Of a DNA stretch of 44,120 nt, positions 7,960 to 19,039 are shown one piece after another. The stretch spans positions 1-44,120 of the forward strand of contig WFPZ01000017.1 in assembly GCA_015487335.1 (NCBI GenBank), written 5' to 3'. Position 1 is the stretch's first letter; every line of letters starts with the position of its first letter. The notes beneath the pieces were generated by a model, which did not search any database, had not been told where the DNA came from, and worked only from the letters and a program-made list of their open reading frames with translations. This DNA comes from Paracoccaceae bacterium (GTDB lineage: Bacteria; Pseudomonadota; Alphaproteobacteria; Rhodobacterales; Rhodobacteraceae). The translations under genes and the position numbers were made by a program.

Positions 7960-9238
7960 AGCGCAGCGCCTCCACCGGGTTCATCCGCGCCGCGCGGCGG
8001 GCCGGAAACAGCGTGACCCCGAACGACAGCCCCAGCGACAGCACCACCGCCGAGATCACGTCGCCCGCCTGCAGCTTCGCCGGCAGGTTGTAGATGCCGC
8101 GGATCGACGGATCCCACACCCCGCCGCCGGCCACGTAGTTCACGAAGGAAAAGATCGGATCGATGTACAGGGCGAAAAGCGCGCCCAGCACCACGCCGAA
8201 GGCGGTGCCCAGCACCCCCACCAGCGCCCCGCAGATGAAGAACACGCGCAGCACCGAGCCCTCCGTCAGCCCCATGGTGCGCAAAATGCCGATGTCGCGC
8301 CCCTTGTTCTTCACCAGCATGATCAGCCCCGAGACGATGTTCATCGACGCGATCAGCACCAGGATCGACATGATGATGAACATCACGTTGTCCTCGATAT
8401 CCAGCGCCCGCAGGAAGGCGCCCGAACGGTCGCGCCATGTCCACAGCAGGGCCCGCTCTCCGGCGGCCTGCAGCAGCGCCGGGGCGTAAGCCTCGACGTT
8501 CTCGGGGTCTTCCACCATCACCTCGATCTCGTCGGCCACCCCGTCGCGATTGAAGAACCGCTGCGCCTCCTCGAAGGGCAGGTAGGCGCGGGTGTTGTCG
8601 ATGTCGTAGCGGCCGGCGCTGAAGATGTAGACCACCTCGTAGGCATTGACGCGGGGGCTGGTGCCGAAGGCGGTGCGCACGCCATTGGGCGAGATCAGGC
8701 GGATGCGGTCGCCCACCCGCACCCCTAGCTGGCGCGCCACGCCCGAGCCGATGGCGATGCCCTCGTCGAAACGCTCCAGAGAGCCCCGGGCCCCCTCGCC
8801 CGCGGCGATCCGCGGCAGGCTGCGCAGATCTTCCAGGGAAATGCCGTAGACGTCCAGCCCCACGTTGTTGTCGCGCATGTTGGCCATCACCTGCCCGCGC
8901 ACCAGCGGCGCGGCGCGGGTGACGCCGGGGATGGCGCGGATGCGCGCGGCGATCTCGCGGTAGCCCGAGATCGTGGTGGTCACCTGCCCGGCCTCGTTTT
9001 CATGCACCGGATAATAGACGGTGACATGGGCATTGGCCCCCAGGATGGTGTCCACGAACTCGGCCCTGAATCCCGCCCGCACCGCCAGCGTGGCGATCAG
9101 GGCAAAGACCGCCAGCGTGATGCCGAGAAGGCTGATCCATGTCATCACGCTGACCCCGCCCTCGGCGCGGCGCGCGCGCAGATAACGCCAGGCGATCATC
9201 CATTCGAAACGGGAAAACGGGGCGGTGCGGGTGGCCAA
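7952..9238 (-). CDS. Lipoprotein-releasing ABC permease, LolC/LolE family (428 aa from TTG 9238)
   Basis: [18 protein letters not shown]-terminus, MacB-like periplasmic domain, C-terminal FtsX-type TM bundle. AGGAG lies 6 nt upstream of TTG 9238. The track ORF start at 9373 adds an implausible extension. Confidence 0.8.
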   Translation of the reverse strand: MATRTAPFSRFEWMIAWRYLRARRAEGGVSVMTWISLLGITLAVFALIATLAVRAGFRAEFVDTILGANAHVTVYYPVHENEAGQVTTTISGYREIAARIRAIPGVTRAAPLVRGQVMANMRDNNVGLDVYGISLEDLRSLPRIAAGEGARGSLERFDEGIAIGSGVARQLGVRVGDRIRLISPNGVRTAFGTSPRVNAYEVVYIFSAGRYDIDNTRAYLPFEEAQRFFNRDGVADEIEVMVEDPENVEAYAPALLQAAGERALLWTWRDRSGAFLRALDIEDNVMFIIMSILVLIASMNIVSGLIMLVKNKGRDIGILRTMGLTEGSVLRVFFICGALVGVLGTAFGVVLGALFALYIDPIFSFVNYVAGGGVWDPSIRGIYNLPAKLQAGDVISAVVLSLGLSFGVTLFPARRAARMNPVEALRYE

Positions 9239-9460
9239 GGGCTGCTCCTGCGGTTTTGGCGGAAGGTGCGACGGATGGGCAGGCGGGTCAAGGGCCGTGC
9301 AGGCCCGCAAGCCTCGCCTTTTGCCAAATCCGGCCTTCCCGGCACAAGGGCCGGCACCGGAGTATTTGGGCAAGATGAAGGGGCGCCCGTGTTCTTCTTC
9401 CGCCCTGAAATGCGCGCGCCGCAGCCGAAAGGCCGCCCCCTGCAGGCGGGCATTCTGCCC

Positions 9461-10015
9461 TCAGCCGTTCTCGCGCAGCCAGCCGATCACCTCATCCACA
9501 TGGGCGTCGGGCGGGAAGACCGGGTAGAAGACCCTGGCGATCTCGCCCTCGTCGAGGATCAGTGTGAGGCGTTTGAGAAGCGTCGTGTCGTGCACCTGCA
9601 TGGTGGGCAGGCGCAACGCCTGCGTCAGTTTCATCTCCGCATCCGACAGCAGCGCGAACGGCAGGCGCAGCCTTTGAGCGGCCTCCTGCTGCCAGGCGGT
9701 ATCCTGCACCGAAAGCCCGAACAATGCATCGATCCCGAGCGCGCGCAGCTCTTCGAAATGATCGCGGAAGGCGCAGGATTGCGGGGTGCAGCCGCGCGCA
9801 CCGGGGATCATGTCCCACCCTTCGGGCAGCGGTGTGTCGGGGCGGCCGGTCATCGGATAGATGTAGACCACCGTGCGCCCGGGAAGGCGCGAGAGAGTCA
9901 CCATCCGGCCGTCGGTCGCGGGCAGCGCCACGTCAGGCAGTCTTCTTCCCGGCAGGTGGTCCGCCCCGCCATCGTCCCCGGGCGGCGGGATGCGCGACCA
10001 GTCGACTTGCGACAT
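9461..10015 (-). CDS. Peroxiredoxin/redoxin family protein (AhpC/TSA-type), 184 aa
   Basis: Thioredoxin-fold motif PGARGCTPQSCAFRD with the peroxidatic Cys context. Confidence 0.7.
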   Translation of the reverse strand: MSQVDWSRIPPPGDDGGADHLPGRRLPDVALPATDGRMVTLSRLPGRTVVYIYPMTGRPDTPLPEGWDMIPGARGCTPQSCAFRDHFEELRALGIDALFGLSVQDTAWQQEAAQRLRLPFALLSDAEMKLTQALRLPTMQVHDTTLLKRLTLILDEGEIARVFYPVFPPDAHVDEVIGWLRENG

Positions 10016-10018
10016 CGC

Positions 10019-11416
10019 TCAGAGCCAGGTGTGGAAGGCGCGCCCGGCCATGGGCACGGGCAGGCCCTCGTGGTGGGCGTGATGCGGGGCGTAGATCTCG
10101 GCCACGCGCTCGACGGCGGCCTCGGGGGCGAGTTCCTCGCTTTCTCCGGTGCGCCGGCAGGTCAGCTCCACCACCCCGTTCTTCAGCCCGCGCGGCCCGA
10201 CGGTGATCCTCCAGGGCAGGCCGATCAGGTCCATGGTGGCGAACTTGGCGCCGGCGCGCTCTTCGCGGTCGTCGTAGAGCGTCTCCAGCCCGTGGGCGGC
10301 GAGCGCCTTGTAGATGTCCTCGCAGGCGCTGTCGGCCCCGGGATCGCCCTGGCGCAGGTTGACCAGCCCCACATGGAAGGGGGTCACGCCCTCGGGCCAG
10401 ATGATGCCGCGCTCGTCGTGGCTGGCCTCGATGATCGCCCCGACAAGGCGGCTCACCCCGATGCCGTGGCTGCCCATGTGCACCGGCACGCGTTCTCCCT
10501 TGTCGTTGACGACCATGGCGCCCATCGGCTCGGAGTATTTGGTGCCGAAGTAGAAGATCTGCCCCACCTCGATGCCGCGCGAGCGGCGGCGGCGCTGCTG
10601 AGGGATCTGCGCGAACAGCGCCTCGTCATGGGTTTCGTCGGTGCGCGCGTAGGGGGTCGTCCATTCCTTCGCGATGGCGGCGCATTCCTCCGCATCGTCG
10701 TAATCGATGTGGCGGTCGCCGAGCCTCAGATCGGTCACCGCGCTGTCATAGAAGACTTCCGATTCGCCGGTCTCGGCCAGCACCAGGAATTCATGGGTGT
10801 CGTCGCCGCCGATGGGCCCGGAATCGGCGCGCATCGGTATCGCCTGCAGCCCCATGCGCTCGTAGGTGCGCAGATAGCTGACCATGTGGCGGTTGTAGGC
10901 ATGGATCGCGCTGTCGCGGTCGATGTCGAAGTTGTAGCCGTCCTTCATGTAGAACTCGCGCCCGCGCATCACCCCGAAGCGGGGGCGGATCTCGTCGCGG
11001 AACTTCCACTGGATGTGATAGAGCGTCAGCGGCAGGTCCTTGTAGCTGTTCACGTGGGCGCGGAAGATGTCGGTGATCAGCTCTTCGTTGGTGGGACCAT
11101 AGAGCATCTCGCGCCCGTGGCGGTCCTTGATGCGCAGCATCTCGGGGCCGTAGGCATCATAGCGGCCCGACTCGCGCCACAGGCCGGCCGGCTGCAGGGT
11201 GGGCATCAGCATCGGGATATGGCCGGCGCGCTGCTGTTCCTCATGCACGATGCGCTCGATCTTCTTCAGCACCCGAAAGCCCAGCGGCAGCCACGAGTAG
11301 ATGCCGGCGGCGGCCTGCTTGATCATGCCGGCGCGCAGCATCAGCCGGTGGCTGGCGATCTGCGCCTCGGCGGGCGTTTCCTTGAGCACGGGCAGGAAAT
11401 ATCGGGTAAGACGCAT
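10019..11416 (-). CDS. proS: Prolyl-tRNA synthetase (465 aa from ATG 11416)
   Basis: [35 protein letters not shown]-terminus and class II aaRS motifs ([32 protein letters not shown]). Confidence 0.9.
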   Translation of the reverse strand: MRLTRYFLPVLKETPAEAQIASHRLMLRAGMIKQAAAGIYSWLPLGFRVLKKIERIVHEEQQRAGHIPMLMPTLQPAGLWRESGRYDAYGPEMLRIKDRHGREMLYGPTNEELITDIFRAHVNSYKDLPLTLYHIQWKFRDEIRPRFGVMRGREFYMKDGYNFDIDRDSAIHAYNRHMVSYLRTYERMGLQAIPMRADSGPIGGDDTHEFLVLAETGESEVFYDSAVTDLRLGDRHIDYDDAEECAAIAKEWTTPYARTDETHDEALFAQIPQQRRRRSRGIEVGQIFYFGTKYSEPMGAMVVNDKGERVPVHMGSHGIGVSRLVGAIIEASHDERGIIWPEGVTPFHVGLVNLRQGDPGADSACEDIYKALAAHGLETLYDDREERAGAKFATMDLIGLPWRITVGPRGLKNGVVELTCRRTGESEELAPEAAVERVAEIYAPHHAHHEGLPVPMAGRAFHTWL

Positions 11417-11541
11417 GTGTGGCGGCCCTTTCGCGTATCGGGATCTGCCGTTTCGTCTATGCCATCGGCCGGAGGCAGGCAAGCGGGGCCTTGATAAGGG
11501 CGGCCATAGCGGCAATACCGGTCGCAAGCGAGAGGAGCAGC

Positions 11542-12609
11542 ATGGGCCTGCCGGTCAGGGAACAGGTGAAATACTGGAGCATCGCCGCGGCGGTGTTCTT
11601 CGCGATTCTGTGGGTGCTGGGAGATGTCATCCTGCCCTTCGTGCTGGGCGGCGCGGTGGCCTATTGCCTCGACCCGATCGCCGACCGGCTGGAGCGGCTG
11701 GGCCTGCCGCGGGTGCTGGCCACGGTGGCGATCACGGCCGCGGCGGCACTGGCGTTCGTCCTCGCGGCGCTTCTGGTGATCCCGGCGCTGGTGAGCCAGG
11801 CCTCCGGGCTGATCGAGACCGCGCCCGCGCTGGTGGAAAATCTCCGCAACTTCCTGATCGAGCGCTTTCCCGCCCTGCTCGACAGCGAAAGCCAGCTTTA
11901 CCAGTCGCTGGCCGTCATCGGCGAGACGCTGCGCGCCAGGGGCGGCGCGTTGCTGACCGGGCTGCTCAACTCGGCCGCCGGGCTGGTCAACGTGGTGGTG
12001 CTTGTGGTGCTGGTGCCGGTCATCACCTTCTATCTGCTGATGGACTGGGACAGGATGGTCGCCGAGGTGGACAGCCTCCTGCCGCGCGATCACGCCCCCA
12101 CCATCCGCCAGCTGGCCCGCGAAATCGACGAAACCCTGGCCTCCTTCATCCGCGGCCAGGGCATGGTGATGGTGACCCTCGGCGCCTTCTACGCCATATC
12201 CCTGATGCTGGTGGGGCTGCAGTTCGGGCTGGTGGTGGGGTTCACCGCCGGGCTGATCTCGTTCATTCCCTACGTTGGGGCGATCGTCGGCGGGGCGCTG
12301 GCCTTCGGTCTGGCGCTGTTCCAGTTCTGGGGAGAGTGGGGCTGGATCGCGGCGGTGGTGGCGATCTTCTTCGCCGGCCAGTTCCTCGAGGGCAACATCC
12401 TGACGCCGAAGCTGGTGGGCAGCAGCGTCGGGCTGCACCCGGTGTGGCTGATCTTCGCGCTGGCCGCCTTCGGCACGCTGTTCGGCTTCGTCGGCATGCT
12501 GGTGGCGGTGCCCGTGGCCGCCGCGGTCGGAGTGCTGGCCCGGTTTGCGGTGGCCCGCTACCGCGAGAGCCTGCTCTACAGGGGCACCTCGGGACGTTCC
12601 GGCAACTGA
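11542..12609 (+). CDS. AI-2E family transporter (PerM/YhhT-like permease), 355 aa
   Basis: Multi-TM protein with [15 protein letters not shown] and [10 protein letters not shown] motifs. SD GAGGAG lies before ATG 11542. Confidence 0.75.
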   Translation: MGLPVREQVKYWSIAAAVFFAILWVLGDVILPFVLGGAVAYCLDPIADRLERLGLPRVLATVAITAAAALAFVLAALLVIPALVSQASGLIETAPALVENLRNFLIERFPALLDSESQLYQSLAVIGETLRARGGALLTGLLNSAAGLVNVVVLVVLVPVITFYLLMDWDRMVAEVDSLLPRDHAPTIRQLAREIDETLASFIRGQGMVMVTLGAFYAISLMLVGLQFGLVVGFTAGLISFIPYVGAIVGGALAFGLALFQFWGEWGWIAAVVAIFFAGQFLEGNILTPKLVGSSVGLHPVWLIFALAAFGTLFGFVGMLVAVPVAAAVGVLARFAVARYRESLLYRGTSGRSGN

Positions 12610-12610
12610 C

Positions 12611-13300
12611 ATGCCCCAGCAGCTTGCCTTCGACCTGCCGACGAAACCGGCGCTCGGCCGCGAGGATTTCTTCGTGGCGCCGGCCAATGCCATGGCGGTG
12701 GCGGCTGTGGAGGGATGGCGCGACTGGCCCCAGCGCAAGCTGCTGCTGGTGGGCCCTCCGGGGGCGGGCAAGACGCATCTCGCCCATGTCTGGGCGGCCG
12801 GAGCCGAGGCGCGGGTGATGTCCGCATCCCGGCTGCGCCGCGCCGAGGTGGCCGCGCTGGTGAAGGACAGCCCGCGCCTGGCGCTGGAAGATGCCGAAGC
12901 CGTGGCCGGCGACGAGGAGGCGGAAGCGGCGCTGTTTCACCTGCACAACCTGATCCTGGCCGAGGGCGGGCATCTGCTGCTCACCGCCGCCGCCCCGCCC
13001 GCCGAGTGGGGCCTCGCCCTTCCCGATCTGGCCAGCCGGCTGCAGGGCACGCCGCTGGCCCGGCTGGAGCCCCCGGACGATGCGCTGCTCTCGGCGGTTC
13101 TACTGAAGCTTTTCGCCGACCGGCAGCTGGCGGTGGATCCGGGGCTGATCGGCTATCTCGTGCCGCGGATGGAGCGCAGCTTCGAGGCGGCGCGCCGCCT
13201 GGTCGAGGCGCTGGACCGCGAGGCGCTGGCCCGCCGGCGGCGGATCACCCGCAATCTGGCATCGGCCCTGCTGGACAACCCGGGCCGGGGGCATACATGA
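12611..13300 (+). CDS. hdaA: DnaA-related regulatory protein HdaA (229 aa)
   Basis: [28 protein letters not shown]-terminus and Walker [11 protein letters not shown]. Small DnaA-domain-III-like protein. Confidence 0.8.
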   Translation: MPQQLAFDLPTKPALGREDFFVAPANAMAVAAVEGWRDWPQRKLLLVGPPGAGKTHLAHVWAAGAEARVMSASRLRRAEVAALVKDSPRLALEDAEAVAGDEEAEAALFHLHNLILAEGGHLLLTAAAPPAEWGLALPDLASRLQGTPLARLEPPDDALLSAVLLKLFADRQLAVDPGLIGYLVPRMERSFEAARRLVEALDREALARRRRITRNLASALLDNPGRGHT

Positions 13301-15513
13301 TGCCCCGAACACCTGTCAGGAGCCCCAGCCGCATGCCCGAAATTGCCGGAGACTTTCTCAAGGCCCCCTTCCCCGAGCCGGTTGCCCTCGACAAGGCCGA
13401 GTACGCAGGCCCCAAACGCTTCTTCAACCGCGAGCTCAGCTGGCTGGCCTTCAACCGCCGGGTTCTGGAAGAGGCCGACAACCCCCGCGTACCGCTGCTG
13501 GAGCGGGTGCGCTTCCTGTCGATCTCGGCCACCAACCTCGACGAGTTCTACACCGTGCGCGTGGCCGGCCTGCGCGAGCTGGCCAATGCCGGCAACACCA
13601 CCCCCGCGGCCGACGGGCTGACCCCGGCCGAGCAGCTGGTGCTGATCAACCGCGACGCCCGCGCCCTGATGCAGGCCCAGCAGGAAATCTGGGACCGCCT
13701 CAAGCAGGAGATGGAGGGCGAGGGCATCACCATCTGCACCCGCGCCCGCCTCACCGAAGAGGACCGCCGCCACCTGGAGGACGTCTTCCTCAACCAGGTG
13801 TTCCCGGTGCTCTCGCCGCTGGCCATCGATCCGGCCCACCCCTTTCCCTTCATCCCCAACACCGGGCTGGCCCTGGCGCTGCAGCTGGAGCGCAAGTCCG
13901 ACAGGCGGCCGCTGCAGGCGCTGCTGCCGATCCCGCAGCAGATCGACCGTTTCGTCAGCCTGCCCAGCGCCCCCGGCAAGCGGCGCTTCCTGCCCATGGA
14001 GGAGGTGCTGCTGATCCACCTCGACAGCCTCTTTCCCGGCTACAGGGCCACCGGCAGCTGCGCCTTCCGGGTTCTGCGCGATTCCGACCTCGAGGTAGAG
14101 GACGAGGCCGAGGATCTGGTGCGCGAATTCGAGGTGGCGCTGAAACGGCGCCGCCGCGGCGAGGTGGTGCGGCTGAAGGTTTCGGCCGGCGCCCCGCGGC
14201 CGCTGCGCCGGCTGATCATGGACGAGCTTCACGTCCAGGAGGACGAGGTGGTGGAGGTGCACGGGCTGCTGGGCATGTCGGACCTCTCCGAGCTGGTGCT
14301 CGACGAGCGCCCCGACCTGCTGTGGCCCTCCTTCACCCCGCGCGTGCCCGAGCGCGTTCAGGACCACGACGGCGACATGTTTGCCGCCATCCGCCAGAAG
14401 GACATGCTGCTGCACCACCCCTACGAGACCTTCGACATGGTGGTGCGCTTCCTGCAGCAGGCGGCGCGCGACCCCGACGTGCTGGCCATCAAGCAGACCT
14501 TCTACCGCACCTCGCGCGACAGCCCGATCGTGGCCGCCCTCGCCGAGGCCGCCGAGGCGGGCAAGTCCGTCACCGCGCTGGTGGAACTCAAGGCGCGTTT
14601 CGACGAGGCCGCCAACATCCGCCTGTCGCGGCGGCTGGAGCGCGCCGGGGCGCATGTGGTCTACGGTTTCATCAACTACAAGACCCACGCCAAGATTTCC
14701 GTGGTGGTGCGCCGCGAGGGCGACAGGCTGGTGACCTACACCCATTACGGCACCGGCAACTATCATCCGATCACCGCCCGCATCTACACCGACCTGAGCT
14801 TCTTCACCTGCGACCCGGCGCTGGGGCGCGACGCCACCAAGGTGTTCAACTACCTTTCGGGCTATGCCCAGCCGGTGGGGCTGGAAAACCTGGCGATCTC
14901 GCCGATCAACCTCAAGTCCACCCTGCTGGAGCTCATCGAGCGCGAGGCCGGGTTCGCCCGTGCCGGCAAGCCGGCGGCGATCTGGGCCAAGATGAACGCG
15001 CTGATCGAGCCCGACGTGATCGATGCGCTTTACGCCGCCTCCCGGGCAGGGGTGAAGATCAGCCTGGTGGTGCGCGGCATCTGCGGGCTGCGCCCCGGCA
15101 TCAGGGGGCTGAGCGAGAACATCCGGGTGAAATCCATCGTCGGGCGTTTTCTGGAACATTCGCGCATCGTCTGCTTCGGCAACGGCCACGGGCTGCCCTC
15201 CAGGAAGGCGCGGGTCTACATCTCTTCGGCCGACTGGATGGACCGCAACCTCTCGCGCCGGGTGGAGACGCTGGTGCAGATCAGGAATCCCACCGTGAAG
15301 GCGCAGATCGTCAGCCAGATCATGGCCGCCAACCTCGCCGACGAGGCCCAGACATGGGTGCTGCGCCCCGATGGCAGCTATCTGCGCGCCACGCCCGCCG
15401 ACCCCGAGCACCCCTTCAACTGCCACCGCTTCTTCATGGAATACCCCTCGCTGTCGGGGCGCGGCTCGGCGGGGGCGGCGGACGTGCCCGAGCTGACCCA
15501 TTCCGACGATTGA
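13297..15513 (+). CDS. ppk: Polyphosphate kinase 1 (start 13297, 13300 or 13333)
   Basis: [44 protein letters not shown] is the PPK1 N-domain signature. Two PLD-like C domains are present. ATGA overlap with the hdaA stop. Confidence 0.92.
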   Translation: MMPRTPVRSPSRMPEIAGDFLKAPFPEPVALDKAEYAGPKRFFNRELSWLAFNRRVLEEADNPRVPLLERVRFLSISATNLDEFYTVRVAGLRELANAGNTTPAADGLTPAEQLVLINRDARALMQAQQEIWDRLKQEMEGEGITICTRARLTEEDRRHLEDVFLNQVFPVLSPLAIDPAHPFPFIPNTGLALALQLERKSDRRPLQALLPIPQQIDRFVSLPSAPGKRRFLPMEEVLLIHLDSLFPGYRATGSCAFRVLRDSDLEVEDEAEDLVREFEVALKRRRRGEVVRLKVSAGAPRPLRRLIMDELHVQEDEVVEVHGLLGMSDLSELVLDERPDLLWPSFTPRVPERVQDHDGDMFAAIRQKDMLLHHPYETFDMVVRFLQQAARDPDVLAIKQTFYRTSRDSPIVAALAEAAEAGKSVTALVELKARFDEAANIRLSRRLERAGAHVVYGFINYKTHAKISVVVRREGDRLVTYTHYGTGNYHPITARIYTDLSFFTCDPALGRDATKVFNYLSGYAQPVGLENLAISPINLKSTLLELIEREAGFARAGKPAAIWAKMNALIEPDVIDALYAASRAGVKISLVVRGICGLRPGIRGLSENIRVKSIVGRFLEHSRIVCFGNGHGLPSRKARVYISSADWMDRNLSRRVETLVQIRNPTVKAQIVSQIMAANLADEAQTWVLRPDGSYLRATPADPEHPFNCHRFFMEYPSLSGRGSAGAADVPELTHSDD

Positions 15514-15559
15514 CGGGGGCGCGCGCCCTTGGCAGGGTGGCGCCAGCGACAGGGGGACG

Positions 15560-17116
15560 GTGCGCATGGACGGCGGCGAACCGCAAAGCGACGACTGGGG
15601 GCCATTCGGCCGCCCTCTCTTCGACGATCCTTCGGCACGGGCGCTCTCGCGCGTGGGCGTGGTGGATGTGGGCTCCAACTCGGTGCGGCTGGTGGTGTTC
15701 GACGGGGCGGCCCGCTCTCCGGCCTATTTCTACAACGAAAAGATCATGTGCGCGCTTGGCGCGGGACTGGGCGAGACGGGCCGCCTCAACCCCAAGGGGC
15801 GGGCCCGCGCCCTGGCCGCGATCCGCCGCTTCCAGCTGCTGGCCGAGGGCATGGGCGCGCTGCCGCTGAGCGCGGTGGCCACCGCGGCGGTGCGCGAGGC
15901 CGAGGACGGCCCGGAGTTCCGCGACGAGGTGGAGCGCGAAACCGGCCTGCGGCTTTACGTCATCGACGGCGAGGAGGAGGCGCGCCTTTCGGCCCAGGGG
16001 GTGCTGCTGGGCTGGCCCGGCGCGGACGGGCTGGTGTGCGACATCGGCGGCTCGTCGATGGAACTGGCCGAGCTGCGCGACGGCGAGGTGGGCCGGTGCA
16101 TCAGCTCTCCGCTGGGGCCGCTGAAGCTGCAGAACATCAGAGGCGGGCGCAAGGCGGTGAAGGCCCATGTGCGCGCGGTGATGGAAGAGCTGGCCGAACA
16201 CATGGGCCGCGAGCACAAGCGGCTGTATCTCGTGGGCGGCAGCTGGCGGGCGATCGCCCGGCTCGACATGGAGCGGCGCGGCTATCCGCTGCATGTCCTG
16301 CACGAATACCGCATGACCCCGCGCGCGGTGACCGAGACCGTGCGCTGGATCGGCGAGCACGAGCTGAGCGAGCTGCGCGCGCGCACCGGCACCTCTCTGG
16401 CCCGGCTGTCGCTGGTGCCGCTGGCGGGGGTGGTGCTCAAGCAGCTGCTGCGCAGCTTCCGCCCGGGCGAGATCGCGGTATCCAGCTACGGCCTCCGCGA
16501 GGGCCTGCTTTACGAACAGATGCCCCAGAAGCTGCGCCGCCGCGACCCGCTGATCGAAGCGGCGCGCTTTGCCGAGGCCCGGGATGCCCGCATGCCCGGC
16601 TTCGGGCGCCAGCTTTACCGTTTCATCGAGCCGCTGTTCAAATCAGCCCCCCCCCAGCGCAAGCGGATGGTGCGGGCCGCCTGCCTGCTGCACGACGTCA
16701 CCTGGCGGGCCCATCCCGACTATCGCGCCGAGGTCTGCTTCGACAACGCCACCCGCGCCAACCTCGGCGGCCTGACCCACCAGGAGCGCATCTGGCTGGG
16801 CCTGGCGCTGCTGCACCGGTACAAGAACAGCCGCGAGGGTTCGCGTTTCGCCCCGCTGTTCGCGCTCATCGACGAAAAGCGCCAGCGCGAGGCCGAGATC
16901 ACCGGCAAGGCAATGCGCTTCGGGGCGATGTTCTCGACCGAAGCGCCGGAAGATCTGGCCCGCCTCAAGTGGCAGCCGAAGAAACGGGTGCTGACGCTGA
17001 CGCTCACGCCGCGCGGGGCGGGGCTGTTCGGCGAGGTGGTGGAGGCGCGCTTTCGCTCGCTGGCAGCAGCGCTGGAGGCCGAGGCCGTGGTTCGCCACGG
17101 CCGAAAGCGGGGCTGA
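15560..17116 (+). CDS. ppx: Exopolyphosphatase (Ppx/GppA family)
   Basis: VGVVDVGSNSVRLVVF and DIGGSSMEL ASKHA-fold motifs, located immediately after ppk. Confidence 0.88.
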   Translation: MRMDGGEPQSDDWGPFGRPLFDDPSARALSRVGVVDVGSNSVRLVVFDGAARSPAYFYNEKIMCALGAGLGETGRLNPKGRARALAAIRRFQLLAEGMGALPLSAVATAAVREAEDGPEFRDEVERETGLRLYVIDGEEEARLSAQGVLLGWPGADGLVCDIGGSSMELAELRDGEVGRCISSPLGPLKLQNIRGGRKAVKAHVRAVMEELAEHMGREHKRLYLVGGSWRAIARLDMERRGYPLHVLHEYRMTPRAVTETVRWIGEHELSELRARTGTSLARLSLVPLAGVVLKQLLRSFRPGEIAVSSYGLREGLLYEQMPQKLRRRDPLIEAARFAEARDARMPGFGRQLYRFIEPLFKSAPPQRKRMVRAACLLHDVTWRAHPDYRAEVCFDNATRANLGGLTHQERIWLGLALLHRYKNSREGSRFAPLFALIDEKRQREAEITGKAMRFGAMFSTEAPEDLARLKWQPKKRVLTLTLTPRGAGLFGEVVEARFRSLAAALEAEAVVRHGRKRG

Positions 17117-17135
17117 GGCCGGGCCTTGCCTTGCG

Positions 17136-17459
17136 CTACAGTTCGATCTCCTCGCCCGGTTCGGGCTCGGCAGGCGGGTCTTGCGGCGCGGGGGGCTCTT
17201 CACCCGGGGGGACCTTGCGGCGGATGATGATGTCGCCGTTGGGCAGGATCTCGGGGGGCTCGTAAAGCGACAGGTCGATGATCCTGCCCTGAATCTCCAG
17301 AAGGATCGGCCCGATCTCGTCGGCCAGGCCGCGCAGCAGCAGCTGCAGCCCTTCCGAAAGCAGCTGCACCCCCTTGCGCATCTCCTCGCGCCCCTCCTGC
17401 GCCACCGCCGGCGAGACCGCCAGCGCCAGGGCAAGCCCGTATGCGGCAATCCGTTTCAT
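17136..17459 (-). CDS. Hypothetical secreted protein (107 aa)
   Basis: Signal peptide MKRIAAYGLALALAVSPAVAQ and a Pro/Glu-rich C-terminus. No recognisable family. Confidence 0.5.
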   Translation of the reverse strand: MKRIAAYGLALALAVSPAVAQEGREEMRKGVQLLSEGLQLLLRGLADEIGPILLEIQGRIIDLSLYEPPEILPNGDIIIRRKVPPGEEPPAPQDPPAEPEPGEEIEL

Positions 17460-17546
17460 GGCCCCAATATAGGCCATGGCGGCGGGCGTGGTAAGGTCAG
17501 GGGGCGAAATCCATGCAGCCCCCCGCGGGGAGGGCGTCAGGCGGCA

Positions 17547-18227
17547 TCAGCCAGCCGCCCCGCTGATCTCTTCCCAGGCGCGGTTGATGGCGACCAGCCG
17601 CTTTTCGGCCAGCTTCACCGCCTCCTCGGGCAGGCCGCGGGCCATCATCCTGTCGGGGTGGGTTTCGCGCACCAGCCTGCGCCAGGCCTCGCGGGCCTCT
17701 TCCAGAGAGGCATCGGGCGGCAGGCCCAGCACCGCGTAGGGGTCGGGCTCGGCATCGGGCACGAAGCGCGAGCGCAGGGCGCGGAACTGGCGCTCGTTCA
17801 GGCCGAAGATCTCGGCCACCCGCTCGAGGAAGGCCTCTTCCTTGGGGTGGTACTGCCCGTCCGCCATGGCGATGTAGAATAGCCCTTCCATCAGGTCGCA
17901 CAACGTGCCCTCGTCGCCGTCGAACATGCGCTTGATGCGGCGGGCGTATTCCTCGAAACCGGCCACGTCGGTGCGCGCCAGGTTGAAGACGCGGGCGGCG
18001 TTCTTCTCTTCGCCGGCGGGGATGGTAAAGACCTCGCGAAAGGCGGTGACCTCGTCGCGGGTGACCAGCCCGTCGGCCTTGGCCATCTTGGCCGAAAGCG
18101 CGATCACCGCGATGGTGAAGGCGATCGAGCGCTCGGGCGGGGTGCGCAGCTTCTCGAACACCGCCGAGAGCGGCTCGCCCTTGCGCAGGGCCGAGAGGGC
18201 TTCACCGATGCGCGACCATAAGGACAT
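17547..18227 (-). CDS. djlA: DjlA-like co-chaperone (TerB-like domain plus C-terminal J domain), 226 aa
   Basis: C-terminal J domain DPYAVLGLPPDASLEEAREAWRRLVRETHPDR. The N-terminal half resembles the TerB/DjlA domain. No N-terminal TM helix was seen. Confidence 0.7.
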   Translation of the reverse strand: MSLWSRIGEALSALRKGEPLSAVFEKLRTPPERSIAFTIAVIALSAKMAKADGLVTRDEVTAFREVFTIPAGEEKNAARVFNLARTDVAGFEEYARRIKRMFDGDEGTLCDLMEGLFYIAMADGQYHPKEEAFLERVAEIFGLNERQFRALRSRFVPDAEPDPYAVLGLPPDASLEEAREAWRRLVRETHPDRMMARGLPEEAVKLAEKRLVAINRAWEEISGAAG

Positions 18228-18236
18228 GCCCCTCTC

Positions 18237-18758
18237 CTAGCGGTTTTTTCCGGGGTTGTCAGGCGGATGGAGAAATTTCTGCATCAGGTGCAGGTCCATC
18301 CAGCGGCCGAACTTGAAGCCCACCCGGGGCAGCACCGCCACCTCGCGGTAGCCCAGGGCGGCATGAAAGGCGATGCCGGCCGGATTCTCGCCGCTGACGC
18401 CGGCAAGGACAGAATGCGCCCCGCCGGCGCGGGCGTGCTCTTCCACCGCCGCCAGCAGCTCTCGGCCCAGCCCGCGCCCCCGGGCGCCCCGGGCCAGGAT
18501 CACCGTGTGTTCCATGGTGCGCGCATAACCCGCGCCGGCGCGAAACTGGGCGTAGGTGGCAAAGCCGAGGATCTCTCTCCCAGCCCCTTCGGCAAGGAAG
18601 AACCCATGCCCCGCGCCCTGGCGGGCCCGGATCATCTGCGCCACCTCCTCCGGGGTCTTCTCCACCGAGTTGAAGGTGATCGAGGTTTCGCGGATCTCGG
18701 GGTTCCAGATCGCGGCGATCGCGGCCGCGTCCCCGGCTGTCGCATCGCGCAGTCTCAT
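18237..18758 (-). CDS. GNAT N-acetyltransferase (phosphinothricin acetyltransferase-like), 173 aa
   Basis: MRLRDATAGDAAAIAAIWNPEIRETSITF N-terminus and acetyl-CoA motif RGARGRGLGRELL. Confidence 0.75.
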   Translation of the reverse strand: MRLRDATAGDAAAIAAIWNPEIRETSITFNSVEKTPEEVAQMIRARQGAGHGFFLAEGAGREILGFATYAQFRAGAGYARTMEHTVILARGARGRGLGRELLAAVEEHARAGGAHSVLAGVSGENPAGIAFHAALGYREVAVLPRVGFKFGRWMDLHLMQKFLHPPDNPGKNR

Positions 18759-19039
18759 TGCAGCACCACACCCCCGCCGCGGGCAGCGGCTACGGCCCAC
18801 CGGCCCGCGCCGCGCCCGACACCGGCAAGCCCTTGCCTGCGGGCCGCAGGATGATCGAATGCCTCCACCATGCCCCGTTGTCCCCTCAACGGGAGCCGCT
18901 TGCAAGCGGATGACAGGCGGATGAAGCGTTGCATCCCTGCGGCACGGTGGCAGATTCGGCCGGTTTGCCCTTGATTGCCGCCCCGGCGCCTTTATGTGGG
19001 CCGCAACGACAAGAAACCCGACAGGAGACCCGTCCCAAA

